DNA from: Ginglymostoma cirratum
Lineage: Eukaryota
NCBI GenBank assembly: GCA_024137785.1
Contig: JAHRHZ010000268.1
Location: forward strand, 7,913,485 to 7,977,484
Direction: 5' to 3'
DNA length: 64,000 nucleotides
The notes beneath the pieces were generated by a model. The model saw nothing but the letters and a program-made list of their open reading frames with translations. It had not been told where the DNA came from and did no database searches. The translations under genes were made by a program, and so were the position numbers. Positions 60,650 through 64,000 of the stretch are shown piece by piece. Every line of letters starts with the position of its first letter. Within the stretch, counting starts at the first letter, position 1.

Positions 60650-62420
60650 AGTAGCTTTGTGGCTCTGATACTGGATTTGTAATCCAGAATTGTGGATTAA
60701 TGATTCTAAAATGTGAGTTCCAGTCCCAGCACACTGACTGGGAAATTACATTCATTTTAAGCAAACGTGGAATAAAGAGCTGGTATCAGTAATTGTGGAA
60801 ACTGCCAAACTGTCTCTCAAAACAAAACTGGCTTATTAATATTCCTTAGGAAGCAAATCTGTCGTCTTTTCCTGGCATGGCCTTGTGTCACTCCTGGTTT
60901 ACAGCAAAGTGGTTGTCTCTGGAATATCCTAGCAAACCACTCCGTTGCATTAAACTTCTTCAATAAAGTCTGCGCTAAAGATGAAACCAGATGAACCCTG
61001 CCTGAATTGACCTCAGTATCGGATTTGACAATGGTATGCTAAGCCCAGTCAACCTTGTTATGTGGCTTATAAACCTCTGGGAGCATGTATCAAAAGTGGC
61101 TGAGTCGTCCGACAGACTGTTTAAGCCACAGTCTAATGTAGTCATGGACTCCGAGGCTGCCTCTCTGCTGTCATCCAGGACTTTCTATCAGTGTCTGTCT
61201 TGTGCCATAAGCAGGCAGCCAACCAGAGATGGTGACACCATATGGTATAGTTGTGGGAATGGATTGTGTGGCCCAGGAACCCTCAACATTGACTATGGTC
61301 AGCATGAAGTCTCATGTCATCATGGAACAAAAAAAAATCTTTCCACTCTCCTTCACCTGAAGAATCTTCATGTTGAAATCCAGTTGGAAGAAACACTGAG
61401 TATAGCAAGGGCACACAATGAGCACTGGATGGCGACTTCATTGTCCATCACTGACTACTGCATGATATCACAACAACTTACTGATCTGGTGAAGTCTGCA
61501 AAGGACTTTGTAGCTACACTGGACCCAAGGCAGATGGTGAGAGAACCAACGAGAGGCAAAAACCTTGTCTTCACCAACATATCTGTTGCTGCTGAACTGC
61601 ACATGACAGTAATCATCCTTGCAAAAACAAAATGCCATTTTCAGACTTGAGGACACCCTTCATCAAGGTGTGCAAACTACTGTGCTAAGTAAGATAAATT
61701 CAGAGAGATCCAAAACTGGCATCCACATGGCGACCTGGGCCATCAGCTCTGTTGAAATGTCCCTGTAACCTCATGGTCTGGCATATCCTTCACAGTGTCA
61801 TTGCCATCAAGCCAGAGGAGGAGCCCTGCATTAGTGATGGGTGCAGGAGAACATGCCTGTTGTGGCTATGGACATACTTAAGAATGAGCTGCCATCCTGG
61901 TGAAGCTCCAACAGACAACTCGGCATGCTAAAGAGTCGACATGATAGATTGAGATCATAGAGCAGATCCAAGTCATTTCTGGTTACAGACAATTAAACAT
62001 CTAACGGTAGGAGAAGATTCTATGATCATCCCCATTCTCAGAGATGACAGAAGCAACAAATGAGTTCAAAAAATCAACACAGAAGCCGTTGTGACAAACT
62101 TGACTCAGAAATGTCAAGTGGATGATCTATCTCTGCTGCCTTTCGAGATCTTAACTTCACTAAAGGCAGCTTTTAAATCAATTAGATTTATCCATGCAAT
62201 ATTAAGAAATAGTTGAGTGAAGGGGACACAGGAAAGGTTTTGGGCACTGGCTGTTGTGCTGAAGATTTAGGATCCAGAACAAGCTGCACCTCTATCTGAA
62301 CTGTTCCAGTAAAGCTACAACACTAGCGTTAACAGCAATGGACTAATCCAATCTGGCCTATTATCAGTCAATTGCAAAGAGATGCTAGATGTTATTTGAC
62401 GGTGCTGTCAACCCAGAAAC
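60650..62420 (+). mobile_element. 5' half of CR1/L2-group LINE (APE endonuclease region) headed by tRNA-SINE-like sequence
   Basis: ORF 61036-61650 has LRQMVREPTRGKNL-like and other decayed endonuclease motifs; the 3' end overlaps the start of 11125-12420; 60650-60930 aligns to the second SINE family. Confidence 0.7.
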
Positions 62421-62489
62421 ATCACTCTGAAACAAGATGTCATTAACCAAGTACAGATAAAGATATTTTCAATTTAGCATTAGAATATA

Positions 62490-63435
62490 GCATTGTGCAG
62501 TCATAGAATTGTTGCAGCGCAGAAGAAGATGCTTGTGCTCATGTCTGCTCTGGCTGTCTGACTAATTCACATAGTCCCATTCTTCCGTCTTCTCCCTGTA
62601 AACCTACCAATTCTTCTTTTTCAAACAACAGCCTAAATCCCTTCCAAATTCCTTGATTGAACCTGCCTCCATCACACTGAGGCAGTGCATTCCAAACCTT
62701 AAACACTTGCTGTGTGACAAACGTTTTTCCTCTTGTTGCCTTTTTTGTTTGCAAATTATTTTAAATCTGTGCTGGCCTGTTCTTGATCCTTTCATGAGTT
62801 GGAATAGTTTCTCCTTGTCTACTTTGTCCACATCCCTCATAATTTTGAATACCTCTATCAAATCACTTCAGCTTTCTCTTCTACAAGAAAAACAGTCCAA
62901 CATTTGCAATCTGCCTTCATAACAGAAGTTATTGATCCTTGGAATCTGCCGTGATAATCTGCTCCTGCACTCTTTTCAATGTCTTCACATCCTTCCCAAA
63001 TTGCAGTGCTCAGAACTGGATACATTCCTTCAGCTGAGGCCAAGCTCATCCCCTGCACAAATTCAACATGTTTTTGTCTCCTTTCACTTGTACTCCATCC
63101 CCCTAATGATAAACCTAGGATGCAATTTGTTTTATGAGCCTCTTTCTCAATATCATGCATCTCTAATATCTCATTCATATATGCACCAAAGTTCTCTGCT
63201 CCTGAATCCCTTTTAGAATTGAGCATTTTATTTTATGTTGTTTCTCCACATACTTATCAAAATGAATCATATTACATTTCCCCCTGTGTAAACTTCATCT
63301 GCCACTTCTCTGCCCATCCTGGTTGATGACCTTTTGAAGTCCGCACTATCCTCCTTAGAGTTTACAGTGATCCCAATTTTCACATCAGCTGCAAGTTTCA
63401 AATTGTGCCTTGAAAGCCTAGATCATTAATGTATT
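62490..63435 (-). mobile_element. CR1 LINE 3' fragment, old
   Basis: Minus ORFs MIEVFKIMRDVDKVDKEKLFQL and FVTQQVFKVWNALPQ. Confidence 0.85.
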
Positions 63436-64000
63436 TCATTGAGACAGGTTTAATTAGTAATCTTATAAGTGAAGGATCCTGTAGGGAAAAGTATTCATTG
63501 TACAATTAAATTCCATATGAAGTTTAAGAGGAGCGTCCTTTAATCTAGTCCCAAGCAAGTAATGTGAGCAAAGCCGTGTGTGTATGTGTGTGTGCACGCG
63601 CGCGTGGCATGTGTGTACACAATGGACGGAGTTGCTTGAGATTGTTTGGATCACGAGATTAAAAGGTAGCTGTTAAATAAACAGTGAAAAATGTTTTGCA
63701 CGTAAAGATTCAAAACATTCAGCAAAAATGCTTTCTGCTAAAAACCACCCATGGCTTATAGGGAATTTAAGGATAATAAAAGAACAGATTTCTAATGTTG
63801 TGAAGAATAGAAGCCTGACGATTGTGAAATTTAGAAATCAGCAAAGGGGGACCTCAAAAATTAATTACTGCAACAACAAATACCTACATCCATTGTAATC
63901 TCTCCATCTGGAATTCAATTGTTTGGAAACACCACTTGCCCTGAAATCTATTGGAGCAAAAGCAAGCATGTCCTCTACATGAGCATGATTTAGAGCTGCA

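Larger units (their letters stand above)
48355..64000 (+). other. HS6ST1: HS6ST1 intron 1 (continues beyond window)
   Basis: GT donor at 48355; no ORF encoding the expected exon 2 start (FYYITLLRDPVSRYLSEW-like) in the remaining 15.6 kb. Confidence 0.8.

Overview
Eukaryotic, repeat-rich vertebrate DNA, most likely from an elasmobranch (shark/ray), judged from an HE1/V-SINE-like element, Deu-domain SINEs and abundant CR1 LINEs. The only host gene I can support is the first coding exon of heparan-sulfate 6-O-sulfotransferase 1 (HS6ST1, + strand, 47831-48354). It has a CpG-rich promoter/5'UTR and an intron that runs past the window end. The rest is decayed CR1/L2 LINEs, several SINE families, a 400-N gap, and possible DIRS and Harbinger relics. 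The most striking pattern is about 20 short Penelope-like (PLE) insertions from at least four sequence families. Most carry a minimal type-I hammerhead-ribozyme motif (CUGANGA-stem II-GAAAC-GUH), many are fold-back hairpins, and many have 9-16 bp target-site duplications. One copy with a fully intact fold lies in sense orientation about 850 bp upstream of the HS6ST1 ATG. PLE hammerheads are known in general; what is noteworthy here is the short ribozyme-bounded unit and its density. Also notable are a strong-Kozak uORF overlapping both HS6ST1 start codons and a LINE whose 5' end appears to be a tRNA-derived SINE. Repeat-family names and most repeat boundaries were assigned by eye and are approximate.
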